NCBI RefSeq assembly: GCF_001677475.2
Contig: NZ_CP015229.1
Direction: 5' to 3' (one strand)
DNA from: Escherichia coli
Lineage (GTDB): Bacteria > Pseudomonadota > Gammaproteobacteria > Enterobacterales > Enterobacteriaceae
Length of the DNA stretch: 64,000 nt
A model generated the notes under the pieces. That model did no database searches, was not told the DNA's origin, and was given only the letters and a program-made list of their open reading frames with translations. Shown piece after piece: positions 25,398-36,176 of this stretch. The position numbers were made by a program, and so were the translations under genes. The stretch's first letter is position 1, and every line of letters begins with the position of its first letter.

Positions 25398-26723
25398 TTA
25401 TTTAACTAATGAAAATAGATCATTGAGTGATTCGCTCATCGACGGATGAGTAAATATCTGATCGCGTAATATGCTATAAGGCAGCCCGGCATCCATCACC
25501 ATTTTCACTATATTGATCATCTCGTGGGAGTCAACACACAGCAGTGATGCTCCTAATATACGTTGGGTTTTATTATCAACAATCGCTTTTAATACCCCAC
25601 GGGTATCGTTCATCACTCTTGCGCGCGGAATTGCAGCTACAGGCAATGTCACCACCTGAATATCAGCACCACTCTCTCTGGCCTGTTCTTCTGTCATACC
25701 AACCCTGGACAGTGGCGGTGTCATGAATACGGAATAAGGCACATTTTTCCGATCATCAGTACTACGTCTGCCTTCTCCCAGCAACTCATCACGCACAATG
25801 CGGTAATCATCCAGTGAAATATAAGTAAATTGCAGCCCGCCGGTAACATCTCCCATCGCCCAAATATTGTCTGCGGTGGTATGTAATTGCTTGTCAACGA
25901 CAATTGCCCCACGTTCGTTTACTGCGATACCTGCATTTTCTGGATGTAACGAAGCGGTAGCCGGTTGACGACCGGAAGCTATTAACAGTGCATCCACCGC
26001 CAGTTGGGCGTGCTCGCTATGCACTTGCACTTGATTTTCATGGTGACTGATTCGCTCCACATGGGCATTGAGGATAATATCGACGCCCTGATCGCGTAAA
26101 ATCGTCGCGATATTATCAGCAATATCCCGATCTTCCCGAGGCAAAAACAGCGAAGCTGCTTCTAAAATGGTTACCTTGCTGCCAAAATTAGCGAACATAG
26201 AGGCGAACTCAACGCCAATATATCCGCCGCCCAAAATACCTAAATGCCCAGGCAATTCTTTTAGATTAAGTAATCCGGTGCTGTCATATACACCAGGCGT
26301 GGTGGTAATTCCAGGAATTGGCGGAACCACGGTTTGTGCACCGGTATTAATAAAAATTTTCTCGCCATGAATCTCCAGATTTCCCTCAGGCCGATGAACA
26401 CGCAGGCTATTATTATTGATAAACTCCGCCTGGCCGTCGATCACGTCGATATTGGGCATATCCGCAAGATTATGAAAATTCTTATTACGTAAAAAATTAA
26501 CCACTTCATTTTTACGCTGTATGGCACGGACAAAATCTGTGTGCTGCTGTGCGTCATGAACCAATGTTTTGGTTGGGATGCAGCCGATATTAATACAGGT
26601 CCCGCCATACATTGCATTTGATTGTTCGATGAGAGCCACTCGCCAACCTGCTTTTGCCAGCGTGACGGCTAATGTTTTTCCCGCCTTGCCAAAACCAATA
26701 ATAACTGCCTGATATTTATTCAT
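25398..26723 (-). CDS. rclA: Pyridine nucleotide-disulfide oxidoreductase RclA
   Basis: ORF track frame 25398..26750; start at MNKYQAVIIGFGKAGK (Rossmann GxGxxG) preceded by AGGAA. Confidence 0.85.
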   Translation of the reverse strand: MNKYQAVIIGFGKAGKTLAVTLAKAGWRVALIEQSNAMYGGTCINIGCIPTKTLVHDAQQHTDFVRAIQRKNEVVNFLRNKNFHNLADMPNIDVIDGQAEFINNNSLRVHRPEGNLEIHGEKIFINTGAQTVVPPIPGITTTPGVYDSTGLLNLKELPGHLGILGGGYIGVEFASMFANFGSKVTILEAASLFLPREDRDIADNIATILRDQGVDIILNAHVERISHHENQVQVHSEHAQLAVDALLIASGRQPATASLHPENAGIAVNERGAIVVDKQLHTTADNIWAMGDVTGGLQFTYISLDDYRIVRDELLGEGRRSTDDRKNVPYSVFMTPPLSRVGMTEEQARESGADIQVVTLPVAAIPRARVMNDTRGVLKAIVDNKTQRILGASLLCVDSHEMINIVKMVMDAGLPYSILRDQIFTHPSMSESLNDLFSLVK

Positions 26724-26948
26724 GATGATTTCCTGTCGAAACGCGTTCATTTGACATCATGACTATAGACGCAAAAGAGCAAATAACATTTCTTCACAAC
26801 GCTTGATATTTTGTCTTATCGTCTGGTATTTTCTTTTTCTTAATCAGAATCACAAAACAAAAATCATGATTAACTATTTGATGATATTACATTAATTATT
26901 TACTAAGATTGTTGGTGTTTGTAATCAAAAACCACTCAGGAGTCTGAT

Positions 26949-27803
26949 ATGGATGCCCTTAGCCGTTTGTTGATGCTTAACGCTCCACAAGGAACGATCG
27001 ATAAGAATTGCGTGTTAGGAAGTGACTGGCAGCTTCCACATGGTGCCGGGGAATTATCGGTTATTCGTTGGCATGCGTTAACGCAAGGAGCGGCGAAGCT
27101 GGAAATGCCGACGGGAGAGATTTTTACATTACGCCCGGGAAATGTGGTCCTGCTACCACAAAATTCAGCTCATCGCCTGAGTCATGTCGATAATGAATCG
27201 ACCTGTATTGTCTGTGGCACTCTTCGGCTGCAACATTCGGCGCGTTATTTTTTAACGTCTTTGCCGGAAACGCTGTTTTTAGCACCAGTTAACCACAGCG
27301 TGGAATATAACTGGCTGAGGGAGGCGATCCCGTTTTTACAACAGGAATCCAGATCGGCGATGCCGGGAGTGGATGCACTGTGTAGCCAGATCTGCGCTAC
27401 ATTCTTTACCCTCGCGGTGCGTGAGTGGATTGCACAGGTTAATACTGAGAAAAACATTCTCAGTTTGCTTCTGCATCCACGTCTTGGTGCGGTAATACAG
27501 CAAATGCTGGAAATGCCAGGACACGCCTGGACCGTCGAATCGCTGGCCAGCATCGCCCACATGTCCCGGGCAAGTTTTGCCCAGCTTTTCCGTGATGTTT
27601 CCGGAACCACGCCGCTGGCTGTATTAACAAAGTTGCGTCTACAAATAGCGGCCCAGATGTTTTCCCGGGAAACGCTCCCTGTTGTGGTGATCGCTGAGTC
27701 AGTAGGCTATGCCAGTGAATCATCTTTTCACAAGGCGTTTGTCCGCGAGTTTGGTTGTACCCCGGGCGAATATCGGGAAAGGGTCAGACAGCTTGCACCC
27801 TGA
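26949..27803 (+). CDS. rclR: AraC-family redox-sensing regulator RclR
   Basis: ORF track 284 aa; divergent from rclA. Confidence 0.85.
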   Translation: MDALSRLLMLNAPQGTIDKNCVLGSDWQLPHGAGELSVIRWHALTQGAAKLEMPTGEIFTLRPGNVVLLPQNSAHRLSHVDNESTCIVCGTLRLQHSARYFLTSLPETLFLAPVNHSVEYNWLREAIPFLQQESRSAMPGVDALCSQICATFFTLAVREWIAQVNTEKNILSLLLHPRLGAVIQQMLEMPGHAWTVESLASIAHMSRASFAQLFRDVSGTTPLAVLTKLRLQIAAQMFSRETLPVVVIAESVGYASESSFHKAFVREFGCTPGEYRERVRQLAP

Positions 27804-28321
27804 ATAAAACCGCCAGGAATCGGAGCAAAGATAATCCGCATTCCGGGTGTTGTGAGCCTTTCAGCTATTTATATTTCCAGGTTTTTTATATGTTTTTTTG
27901 AAGTGGTCTGGCTTAGTAATTAAATAAAAGATACAAACTAAATTGCTTCAATTAAATAAAATCCCGACTATTACTTGATACGTGATTATTGTCGGTAATT
28001 TTGTTTGTACACCATCAGTGTATATCTCAATAACCCCTGAATAAGTAGCTCTGAATAGGTATAAGGGATGTAGCCATTTTTAAATGGATTTCTTATGCCA
28101 AAAATGATCGTCGATTTCCCCATAAAATGTGAGCGATGCCGAAAGAAATAAAATTAGTTATTGCATTTGAAGTTTGGATGAAAGATTATCATTTGTCATA
28201 CAAATGAGGGGTGGTATGTTGCTAGCCAATTAAAAAAGAACGCCATATTTATTGATGATTGCTCCCCCGGAAGGGGGGAACCATCGGGCATAAATGGGCA
28301 TGAAGTAATGGAGTATTAGTT

Positions 28322-29041
28322 GTGAATGTCAATTTCTTTGTCACCTGTATTGGTGACGCCCTGAAATCAAGAATGGCACGAGACTCCGTGCTGCTACTGG
28401 AAAAACTCGGCTGTCGCGTAAATTTCCCGGAGAAACAGGGATGCTGCGGTCAGCCTGCGATCAATAGTGGTTATATCAAAGAAGCGATTCCAGGGATGAA
28501 AAATCTGATCGCCGCACTGGAGGATAACGACGATCCCATTATTTCACCGGCTGGCTCTTGCACCTATGCCGTAAAAAGTTACCCGACGTATCTGGCGGAT
28601 GAACCTGAATGGGCATCACGAGCCGAAAAGGTTGCCGCGCGTATGCAGGATCTCACCTCTTTTATTGTTAATAAATTAGGGGTAGTCGATGTAGGTGCCA
28701 GTTTGCAAGGGAGAGCGGTGTATCACCCATCTTGTAGCCTGGCCCGTAAGCTGGGGGTGAAGGACGAGCCACTTACGCTGCTAAAAAATGTGCGTGGACT
28801 GGAGCTGTTGACCTTTGCTGAACAGGATACCTGCTGCGGATTTGGCGGCACGTTCTCGGTCAAAATGGCCGAAATATCCGGCGAGATGGTGAAAGAAAAG
28901 GTTGCGCACCTGATGGAAGTCCGCCCTGAGTATTTAATTGGTGCTGACGTGAGTTGCCTGCTGAACATCAGTGGGCGATTACAACGGGAAGGGCAGAAAG
29001 TCAAAGTGATGCATATTTCTGAAGTGTTGATGAGCCGCTGA
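28322..29041 (+). CDS. ykgE: Cys-rich (CCG-domain) LutA-like protein YkgE
   Basis: ORF track 239 aa, GTG start; motifs CCGQ and CCGFGG. Confidence 0.85.
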   Translation: MNVNFFVTCIGDALKSRMARDSVLLLEKLGCRVNFPEKQGCCGQPAINSGYIKEAIPGMKNLIAALEDNDDPIISPAGSCTYAVKSYPTYLADEPEWASRAEKVAARMQDLTSFIVNKLGVVDVGASLQGRAVYHPSCSLARKLGVKDEPLTLLKNVRGLELLTFAEQDTCCGFGGTFSVKMAEISGEMVKEKVAHLMEVRPEYLIGADVSCLLNISGRLQREGQKVKVMHISEVLMSR

Positions 29042-29051
29042 GGATATAAAG

Positions 29052-30479
29052 ATGTCGATCAAAACCAGTAATACAGATTTTAAGACACGCATCCGTCAGC
29101 AAATTGAAGATCCGATCATGCGCAAAGCGGTGGCAAACGCGCAGCAGCGTATTGGGGCAAATCGGCAAAAAATGGTCGATGAATTGGGGCACTGGGAGGA
29201 GTGGCGCGATCGGGCCGCCCAGATACGTGATCATGTTCTGAGTAATCTCGACGCTTATCTGTACCAGCTCTCAGAAAAAGTGACGCAAAACGGCGGTCAC
29301 GTCTATTTTGCAAAAACCAAAGAAGACGCTACCCGCTACATTTTACAGGTTGCCCAACGCAAAAATGCCCGGAAGGTGGTGAAATCTAAATCGATGGTAA
29401 CCGAAGAGATTGGTGTCAATCATGTGTTGCAGGATGCTGGCATTCAGGTGATTGAAACCGATCTGGGTGAATATATTCTCCAGCTGGATCAAGATCCGCC
29501 CTCTCATGTTGTGGTCCCGGCAATTCATAAAGATCGCCATCAGATCCGTCGAGTGCTAAACGAACGTCTGGGCTATGAGGGGCCGGAAACGCCTGAAGCG
29601 ATGACCTTATTCATCCGGCAAAAAATCCGCGAAGATTTCCTCAGTGCTGAAATAGGTATTACCGGCTGTAATTTCGCGGTGGCAGAGACAGGTTCGGTAT
29701 GCCTGGTGACCAATGAAGGTAATGCGCGAATGTGTACCACGCTGCCTAAAACGCATATTGCAGTGATGGGAATGGAGCGTATTGCCCCCACGTTTGCCGA
29801 GGTAGATGTATTGATCGCCATGCTGGCGCGCAGTGCCGTTGGTGCACGTTTGACGGGATACAACACCTGGCTGACAGGACCGCGCGAAGCGGGGCACGTT
29901 GATGGTCCTGAAGAGTTTCATCTGGTTATTGTCGATAACGGACGTTCTGAGGTGCTGGCCTCTGAATTTCGGGATGTGCTGCGCTGTATTCGCTGCGGGG
30001 CTTGTATGAATACTTGTCCGGCATATCGCCATATTGGCGGTCATGGATATGGCTCTATTTATCCAGGGCCAATTGGTGCGGTGATTTCTCCGCTACTTGG
30101 CGGCTATAAAGATTTTAAAGATTTACCCTATGCCTGCTCTTTATGCACTGCTTGTGACAGCGTGTGTCCGGTGCGTATTCCGCTGTCAAAACTGATTTTG
30201 CGTCATCGTCGGGTGATGGCTGAAAAAGGGATCACCGCAAAAGCAGAGCAACGGGCGATAAAAATGTTCGCTTATGCCAATAGTCATCCAGGATTGTGGA
30301 AAGTCGGGATGATGGCTGGTGCTCATGCGGCAAGCTGGTTTATCAATGGCGGCAAAACACCACTCAAATTTGGCGCGATTAGCGAATGGATGGAAGCACG
30401 CGATCTTCCTGAAGCTGACGGAGAGAGTTTCCGTAGTTGGTTTAAGAAACATCAGGCGCAGGAGAAAAAGAATGGATAA
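29052..30479 (+). CDS. ykgF: 4Fe-4S ferredoxin-type LutB-like protein YkgF
   Basis: ORF track 475 aa; CIRCGACMNTCP and CSLCTACDSVCP motifs. Confidence 0.85.
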   Translation: MSIKTSNTDFKTRIRQQIEDPIMRKAVANAQQRIGANRQKMVDELGHWEEWRDRAAQIRDHVLSNLDAYLYQLSEKVTQNGGHVYFAKTKEDATRYILQVAQRKNARKVVKSKSMVTEEIGVNHVLQDAGIQVIETDLGEYILQLDQDPPSHVVVPAIHKDRHQIRRVLNERLGYEGPETPEAMTLFIRQKIREDFLSAEIGITGCNFAVAETGSVCLVTNEGNARMCTTLPKTHIAVMGMERIAPTFAEVDVLIAMLARSAVGARLTGYNTWLTGPREAGHVDGPEEFHLVIVDNGRSEVLASEFRDVLRCIRCGACMNTCPAYRHIGGHGYGSIYPGPIGAVISPLLGGYKDFKDLPYACSLCTACDSVCPVRIPLSKLILRHRRVMAEKGITAKAEQRAIKMFAYANSHPGLWKVGMMAGAHAASWFINGGKTPLKFGAISEWMEARDLPEADGESFRSWFKKHQAQEKKNG

Positions 30480-31167
30480 TCGGAGCGAATTTTTGAATAA
30501 CGTTGCTCAGGCACTGGGTCGCCCGCTGCGACTTGAACCGCAAGCAGAAGATGCGCCGCTTAACAACTATGCTAACGAGCGGCTTACCCAACTTAACCAA
30601 CAGCAGCGCTGTGACGCGTTTATTCAGTTTACCAGCGATGTTATGTTGACGCGCTGTGAGCTGACCAGCGAGGCGAAGGCGGCAGAAGCTGCAATACGTC
30701 TGTGTAAAGAGCTGGGAGATCAGTCGGTCGTGATTAGCGGTGACACGAGGCTGGAGGAATTGGGGATTAGCGAACGTTTGCAGCAGGAATGCAATGCCGT
30801 TGTTTGGGATCCGGCGAAAGGTGCCGAGAATATCTCGCAGGCAGAGCAGGCTAAAGTGGGTGTCGTGTATGCTGAATATGGTTTAACCGAATCGGGAGGC
30901 GTGGTTCTTTTTTCCGCCGCCGAGCGCGGGCGTTCATTGAGCCTGCTCCCGGAATCTTCTCTTTTTATCCTGCGTAAAAGCACAATCCTGCCGCGTGTAG
31001 CGCAACTCGCAGAAAAATTGCATCAGAAAGCGCAGGCCGGTGAACGAATGCCGTCCTGCATTAACATCATTAGCGGCCCTAGTTCAACGGCGGATATTGA
31101 GCTTATCAAAGTCGTCGGGGTTCATGGCCCGGTGAAAGCGGTGTATCTGATTATTGAGGATTGCTGA
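30472..31167 (+). CDS. ykgG: LutC-like protein YkgG
   Basis: ORF track frame 30319..31167; start at MDNRSEFLNNV overlapping the ykgF stop (ATGGATAA). Confidence 0.8.
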   Translation: MDNRSEFLNNVAQALGRPLRLEPQAEDAPLNNYANERLTQLNQQQRCDAFIQFTSDVMLTRCELTSEAKAAEAAIRLCKELGDQSVVISGDTRLEELGISERLQQECNAVVWDPAKGAENISQAEQAKVGVVYAEYGLTESGGVVLFSAAERGRSLSLLPESSLFILRKSTILPRVAQLAEKLHQKAQAGERMPSCINIISGPSSTADIELIKVVGVHGPVKAVYLIIEDC

Positions 31168-31409
31168 GTGAGATATGAAGTCTGGACATAAACCTGAAGG
31201 CGGCATACGAGGTTGTGAATAGCGTTAAGGACAACCTGACTTAACCCCGTTCTGTCATGGTTATGCTCCTCTTCTTTAAATATCCTGGCATTAGTAATGC
31301 CAGGATATTTACAGTGAAAAAGACAGGCATCCATTCCTGAAAACGGGTTCCCTTCCCGGTCATTGTCACTTCAGTTTTATACAGGCACTCTCTATCAGAA
31401 TGCTGTTTA

Positions 31410-32075
31410 TTACTGCCCAGAGTTTTGTTGGTATTCATCTACCATTTTTTTGACAAGGCAAAACATTACAGAAATCACAATGCTTAGAAAAAATCCCAGA
31501 GCCAGGCAAATGGCAGCAGGGTATTTATTTTTTATTTCTGGTGAGCTTATAGTGACACAGCCATCACCGTTCGGATACAATGACCAGTTCCTGGTCAGGT
31601 ATATCATTTTTGTATAAAGCTCACTGTTAATTGCTGAAGGCGTTTGTATCTCATCGAGAACTTGCCTGCCATTATGGTATTCTGACGCATACCATTTGAT
31701 AATAGACGCATGCACGCGAGATATTTCCGCTTCAGCAGTTGGTAAATCGCTCTTATCTCCTGACCATTCCAGCTTTATTTCTCTGTTCTTGACATCTGGG
31801 CTGGTCTGAAAAAATGTAGTAATTCGCTGAATGACATCTTCAGTCATTGTGGTCTGACAGGCAAAGTTATTATTGCTATCACAGTTAACAAGTATGCCTG
31901 GTGTTGTCTGATTTATTTTAGCTGTAACTCACTTTTATATTATCTTTATTGATATACAGAAACAACAGCACCATTGCCATACAGATAGCTATAATAAAAA
32001 GGATAACACGAATCTTTTTCTTCAGATAAAATAAAATATCAATCAGATCGATATCCTGTTTGATTTGTTCATTCA
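31410..32075 (-). pseudogene. ykgH: ykgH-like membrane protein gene, apparently interrupted by two nearby 1-nt indels
   Basis: N-terminal 52-codon ORF (32075..31917, MNEQIKQDIDLIDILFYLKKKIRVILFIIAICMAMVLLFLYINKDNIKVSYS*) and the 145-aa ORF (31847..31410) are in the same frame but separated by 5 in-frame stops; the intervening 69 nt read in an adjacent frame give KINQTTPGILVNCDSNNNFA. Confidence 0.5.
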
Positions 32076-32272
32076 TAATATATCCAGAAAATGAAAACTG
32101 TCGCAGATAAGATTGTATTAATAGTCTGTATCAGGAATGTTCAGGGTAAATATCAGCAAAAAGCCAGCATCATGAATACTGGATATGAAGCATGAGAGTT
32201 ACCTCAATGTTCTATATAACGATTCGGTCCCCATACCTGGAACGGTAACTCTCAATCTGATAGGTTCCTGAG

Positions 32273-33961
32273 TCAGTTCAAATCACGACTCATTTTTTTC
32301 GCTCTTACTGGCATCCCATTTGCCACAAAATATCTTGCCGTGCTCCTCGGCAACGCTTCTTGCCCGCGAATCATATCCGCTATTTTCTCGCCAATCATAA
32401 TGGTCGTGGCGTTCAAATTGCCGGTGATAATCTGCGGCATAATTGACGCATCCACCACGCGCAGGCCTTCCAGCCCATGCACGCGGCCTTCGCCGTCAAC
32501 CACGGACATCTCGTCGTAGCCCATTTTGCAGGTACCGCACGGATGGAAGGCGGTTTCGGCGTGGTTACGCACGAACTCATCGAGCTGCTCATCCGTCTGG
32601 CATTCGACACCGGGGCTGATTTCGCGGCCACGGTATTGATCCAGCGCGGGTTGATGCATGATCTCGCGGGTGATGCGAATTGCGTCGCGGAACTCCTGCC
32701 AGTCCTGCTCGTGCGACATGTAGTTAAACAGAATCGCCGGATGCTGGTGCGGGGTGCGGGATTTAATCCGCACATGCCCACGGCTTGGCGAGCGCATCGA
32801 TCCGACGTGGCACTGGAAGCCGTGCTCTTTCACTGCATTCGAGCCGTTATAGTTAATCGCTACTGGCAGGAAATGGTACTGAATATTCGGCCACGCAAAT
32901 TCCTCTCGGCTGCGAATAAATCCGCCTGCTTCAAAGTGGTTGCTGGCACCAACGCCGGTGCCGCCAAATAGCCACTCCGCACCGATTTTCGGCTGATTCC
33001 ACCACTGCAGGGCAGGGTAGAGGGAAACCGGTTCTTTGCACTCATATTGCAGATACATCTCCAGGTGATCCTGAAGATTTTCGCCGACGCCGGGTAAATC
33101 ATGCACCAGCGGAATATCAAACTCCGCCAGCAGTTCAGCGCTACCCACGCCGGAACGTTGCAGGATCTGCGGAGAGGCGATCGCACCTGCACATAACAGC
33201 ACCTCTTTATTCGCTGTCGCGCGGGTTGAAATGGTGCTATCGCCTTCCAGCCACTCGACGCCCACCGCGCGTTTGCCGTCAAAAATGATGTGATCGGTCA
33301 TAGCGTGAGTACGAATGGTCAGGTTCGGGCGCGATTTGGCCTGATCGAGATAACCGCGCGCGGTACTGGCGCGACGACCCTGCGGCGTGACGGTGCGATC
33401 CATCGGGCCAAAACCTTCCTGCTGATAGCCGTTGAGATCGTCCGTGCGCGGGTAGCCTGCCTGCACACCCGCTTCAATCATCGCTTCAAACAGCGGATTG
33501 ACGCCGGGTTTGGAGGTGGTGACGCTCACCGGGCCATTGCCACCGTGATAGTCGTTTTCACCAATATCGCGCGTCTCGGCCTTGCGGTAGTAGGGCAGGC
33601 AGTCGAGATAACTCCAGTTCTCCAGACCGGGTTCTTTTGCCCAGTTATCGAGATCCAGCGCGTTACCACGGATGTAACACATGCCGTTGATCAGTGATGA
33701 CCCGCCAAGCCCCTTACCGCGTCCGCACTCCATGCGACGGTTGTTCATAAACGGTTCCGGTTCCGTCTCATAGGCCCAGTTATAGCGTTTACCCTGTAAC
33801 GGGAACGCCAGCGCGGCGGGCATCTGGGTGCGGAAGTCAAAACGATAATCCGGGCCGCCCGCTTCAAGCAGCAATACGGTCGTGTTGGGATCTTCAGTCA
33901 GACGTGTAGCGAGGACGTTGCCGGCAGAGCCGGCACCAATAATGATGTAGTCAAATTGCAA
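32273..33961 (-). CDS. betA: Choline dehydrogenase BetA
   Basis: ORF track frame 32273..34006; start assigned to TTG at 33961 ([18 protein letters not shown] Rossmann motif) with AGGAGG 5 nt upstream. Confidence 0.85.
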   Translation of the reverse strand: MQFDYIIIGAGSAGNVLATRLTEDPNTTVLLLEAGGPDYRFDFRTQMPAALAFPLQGKRYNWAYETEPEPFMNNRRMECGRGKGLGGSSLINGMCYIRGNALDLDNWAKEPGLENWSYLDCLPYYRKAETRDIGENDYHGGNGPVSVTTSKPGVNPLFEAMIEAGVQAGYPRTDDLNGYQQEGFGPMDRTVTPQGRRASTARGYLDQAKSRPNLTIRTHAMTDHIIFDGKRAVGVEWLEGDSTISTRATANKEVLLCAGAIASPQILQRSGVGSAELLAEFDIPLVHDLPGVGENLQDHLEMYLQYECKEPVSLYPALQWWNQPKIGAEWLFGGTGVGASNHFEAGGFIRSREEFAWPNIQYHFLPVAINYNGSNAVKEHGFQCHVGSMRSPSRGHVRIKSRTPHQHPAILFNYMSHEQDWQEFRDAIRITREIMHQPALDQYRGREISPGVECQTDEQLDEFVRNHAETAFHPCGTCKMGYDEMSVVDGEGRVHGLEGLRVVDASIMPQIITGNLNATTIMIGEKIADMIRGQEALPRSTARYFVANGMPVRAKKMSRDLN

Positions 33962-33974
33962 ATAAACCTCCTGG

Positions 33975-35450
33975 TTAGAATATGGACTGGAATTTAGCCA
34001 TCTCAACCTGGATGGACTTCACCTGGGTGTAACTTTGTAGCGTCATCACGCCGTTCTCGCGGCCAATACCGGAGTGTTTGTAGCCGCCAACGGGCATCTC
34101 TGCCGGGGATTCGCCCCAGGTGTTGATCCAGCAGATACCCGCCTCAAGCTGGTGGATAACGCGGTGTGCGCGGTTCAGGTCAGCCGTCACGATGCCCGCC
34201 GCCAGGCCGTAGTTGGTGTCGTTGGCGCGGCGAATCACTTCGTCTTCCGTTTCATATGTGAGGATGGACATCACCGGCCCGAAAATCTCTTCGCGCACAA
34301 TGGTCATTTCGTCGCTGCAATCGGTGAACACGGTCGGTGCAATCCATGCGCCGTTATCGAAGCCATCGCCTTTCAGTACATCGCCGCCGCACAGTACGCG
34401 CGCGCCTTCCTCTTTGCCTTTGGCGATATAGCGCAGCACGTTATCGCGATGCGGGAAGCTGACCAGCGGGCCGAAGTTAGTTTGCGGATCGAAAACGTCG
34501 CCCGCGCGAATGCGCTCAACGCGCGCCAGAATTTTCTGCTCAAATGCGGCTTTGCATTTCGCCGGAATAAACACGCGGGTGCCGTTGGTACACACCTGGC
34601 CGGAGCTGAAGAAGTTCGCCATCATGGCAATATCGGCGGCGAGATCGAGGTCCGCATCGTCGAAAACGATCAGCGGCGATTTACCGCCCAGCTCCATGGT
34701 CACTTCTTTCAGGGAGGAAGCCGCCGAGTTAGCCATCACTTTTTTGCCGCTGGCGACGCCGCCGGTAAACGACACTTTGGCAATGCCCGGATGCTCGGTC
34801 AGATACTGCCCGGTCTCCGCGCCCACGCCCTGCAACACGTTAAATACGCCGTCCGGCAGGCCCGCTTCGCTGTAAATTTCGGCCAGCTTTAACGCGGTAA
34901 GCGGGGTGACTTCGCTCGGTTTGAAAATCATTGCATTGCCTGCCGCCAGCGCCGGGGCGGATTTCCATAGGGCAATCTGGATCGGGTAGTTCCACGCGCC
35001 AATCCCCGCGACCACGCCGAGCGGTTCGCGGCGAGTGTAGACAAACGATGTCTCACGCAGGGGGATCTGGCTGCCCTCCAGCGCTGGAATCAGCCCCGCG
35101 TAATACTCCAGTACATCTGCGCCGGTAACGATATCGACGGTTGAGGTTTCTGAATATGCTTTTCCGGCGTCGAGCGTTTCCAGTTTTGCGAGTTCGTCAT
35201 TGCGTTCACGTAGAATATCAACGGCCCGACGCAGAATACGCGAGCGTTCCATAGCGGTCATCGCCGCCCAGATTTTTTGCCCCTGTTGGGCACTCTTCAC
35301 GGCGTGATCGACATCCTCGCGCCCGGCGGCCTGCACGGTCGCCAGCACGTTACCGTTGGCCGGGTTAATGGTCTCGAAGGTGCGACCGCTGGTGGCGGAG
35401 GTATAACCACCATGTATATAAAGCTGCTGTTCTGCCATTCGGGACATCAC
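33975..35450 (-). CDS. betB: Betaine aldehyde dehydrogenase BetB
   Basis: ORF track 491 aa [22 protein letters not shown]... Confidence 0.9.
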   Translation of the reverse strand: MMSRMAEQQLYIHGGYTSATSGRTFETINPANGNVLATVQAAGREDVDHAVKSAQQGQKIWAAMTAMERSRILRRAVDILRERNDELAKLETLDAGKAYSETSTVDIVTGADVLEYYAGLIPALEGSQIPLRETSFVYTRREPLGVVAGIGAWNYPIQIALWKSAPALAAGNAMIFKPSEVTPLTALKLAEIYSEAGLPDGVFNVLQGVGAETGQYLTEHPGIAKVSFTGGVASGKKVMANSAASSLKEVTMELGGKSPLIVFDDADLDLAADIAMMANFFSSGQVCTNGTRVFIPAKCKAAFEQKILARVERIRAGDVFDPQTNFGPLVSFPHRDNVLRYIAKGKEEGARVLCGGDVLKGDGFDNGAWIAPTVFTDCSDEMTIVREEIFGPVMSILTYETEDEVIRRANDTNYGLAAGIVTADLNRAHRVIHQLEAGICWINTWGESPAEMPVGGYKHSGIGRENGVMTLQSYTQVKSIQVEMAKFQSIF

Positions 35451-35460
35451 GTTTCCTCGG

Positions 35461-36048
35461 TTAATCGGTGGGTAAATGCTGAGTAATAAAGTGACGGGTC
35501 AGCGAGTGTGCGAGAGGTTTATCCAGCGCTTTGCCGCTCAGTGCCGCGCGCAGCCATAATCCGTCAATTAGCGCGGCAAGGCCGTAGCCCGCTTCCTGTG
35601 CCTGTTGACGTGGTAACTCGCGGCGAAATTCGCTCACCAGATTCGACAATAAGCGGCGGCTACTGACCTGCTGCAAGCGATAGAGCATCGGCTGATGCAT
35701 ACTGCTGGCCCAGAAGGCCAGCCAGGCTTTCATCGCCGCACTGCTCACCTGGGTTTCATCGAAGTTTCCACCAACAATCGCCTGTAATCGCAGCTCTGCA
35801 CTGCCCTGCGGAAGTGCATGTAATCGATTCAAAACCGCGTCACGCAGCTGACTGGTGATATCGCGCATGGTTGCTTCCAGCAGACCATTTTTGTCCCTGA
35901 AATAGTGGCTGATGATCCCCGTAGAAACGCCTGCACGGCGGGCGATCTGCGCGATCGTTGCATCGTGCATGCCCACTTCATTTATTGCTTCCAGCGTGGC
36001 GTCGATCAGTTGTCTGCGCCGGATCGACTGCATCCCCAATTTGGGCAT
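35461..36048 (-). CDS. betI: TetR-family repressor BetI
   Basis: ORF track frame 35461..36066; start at [26 protein letters not shown]. Confidence 0.85.
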   Translation of the reverse strand: MPKLGMQSIRRRQLIDATLEAINEVGMHDATIAQIARRAGVSTGIISHYFRDKNGLLEATMRDITSQLRDAVLNRLHALPQGSAELRLQAIVGGNFDETQVSSAAMKAWLAFWASSMHQPMLYRLQQVSSRRLLSNLVSEFRRELPRQQAQEAGYGLAALIDGLWLRAALSGKALDKPLAHSLTRHFITQHLPTD

Positions 36049-36176
36049 TTTCGCCACTCCATTCATCAGCGTTGTTTATCTATTAAAGCGGTTATTGATT
36101 GGACGTTCAATATAAAATGTGTCTTAATTGTTACGAATTTGATTTTAAATGGTAACAATAACAGTGGGGATACTGG

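Noticed and set aside
34074-34892. 272-aa plus-strand ORF
   Set aside because: Lies entirely antisense within betB; Ala/Arg/Gly-rich composition typical of a shadow ORF in GC-rich coding DNA; no start context.
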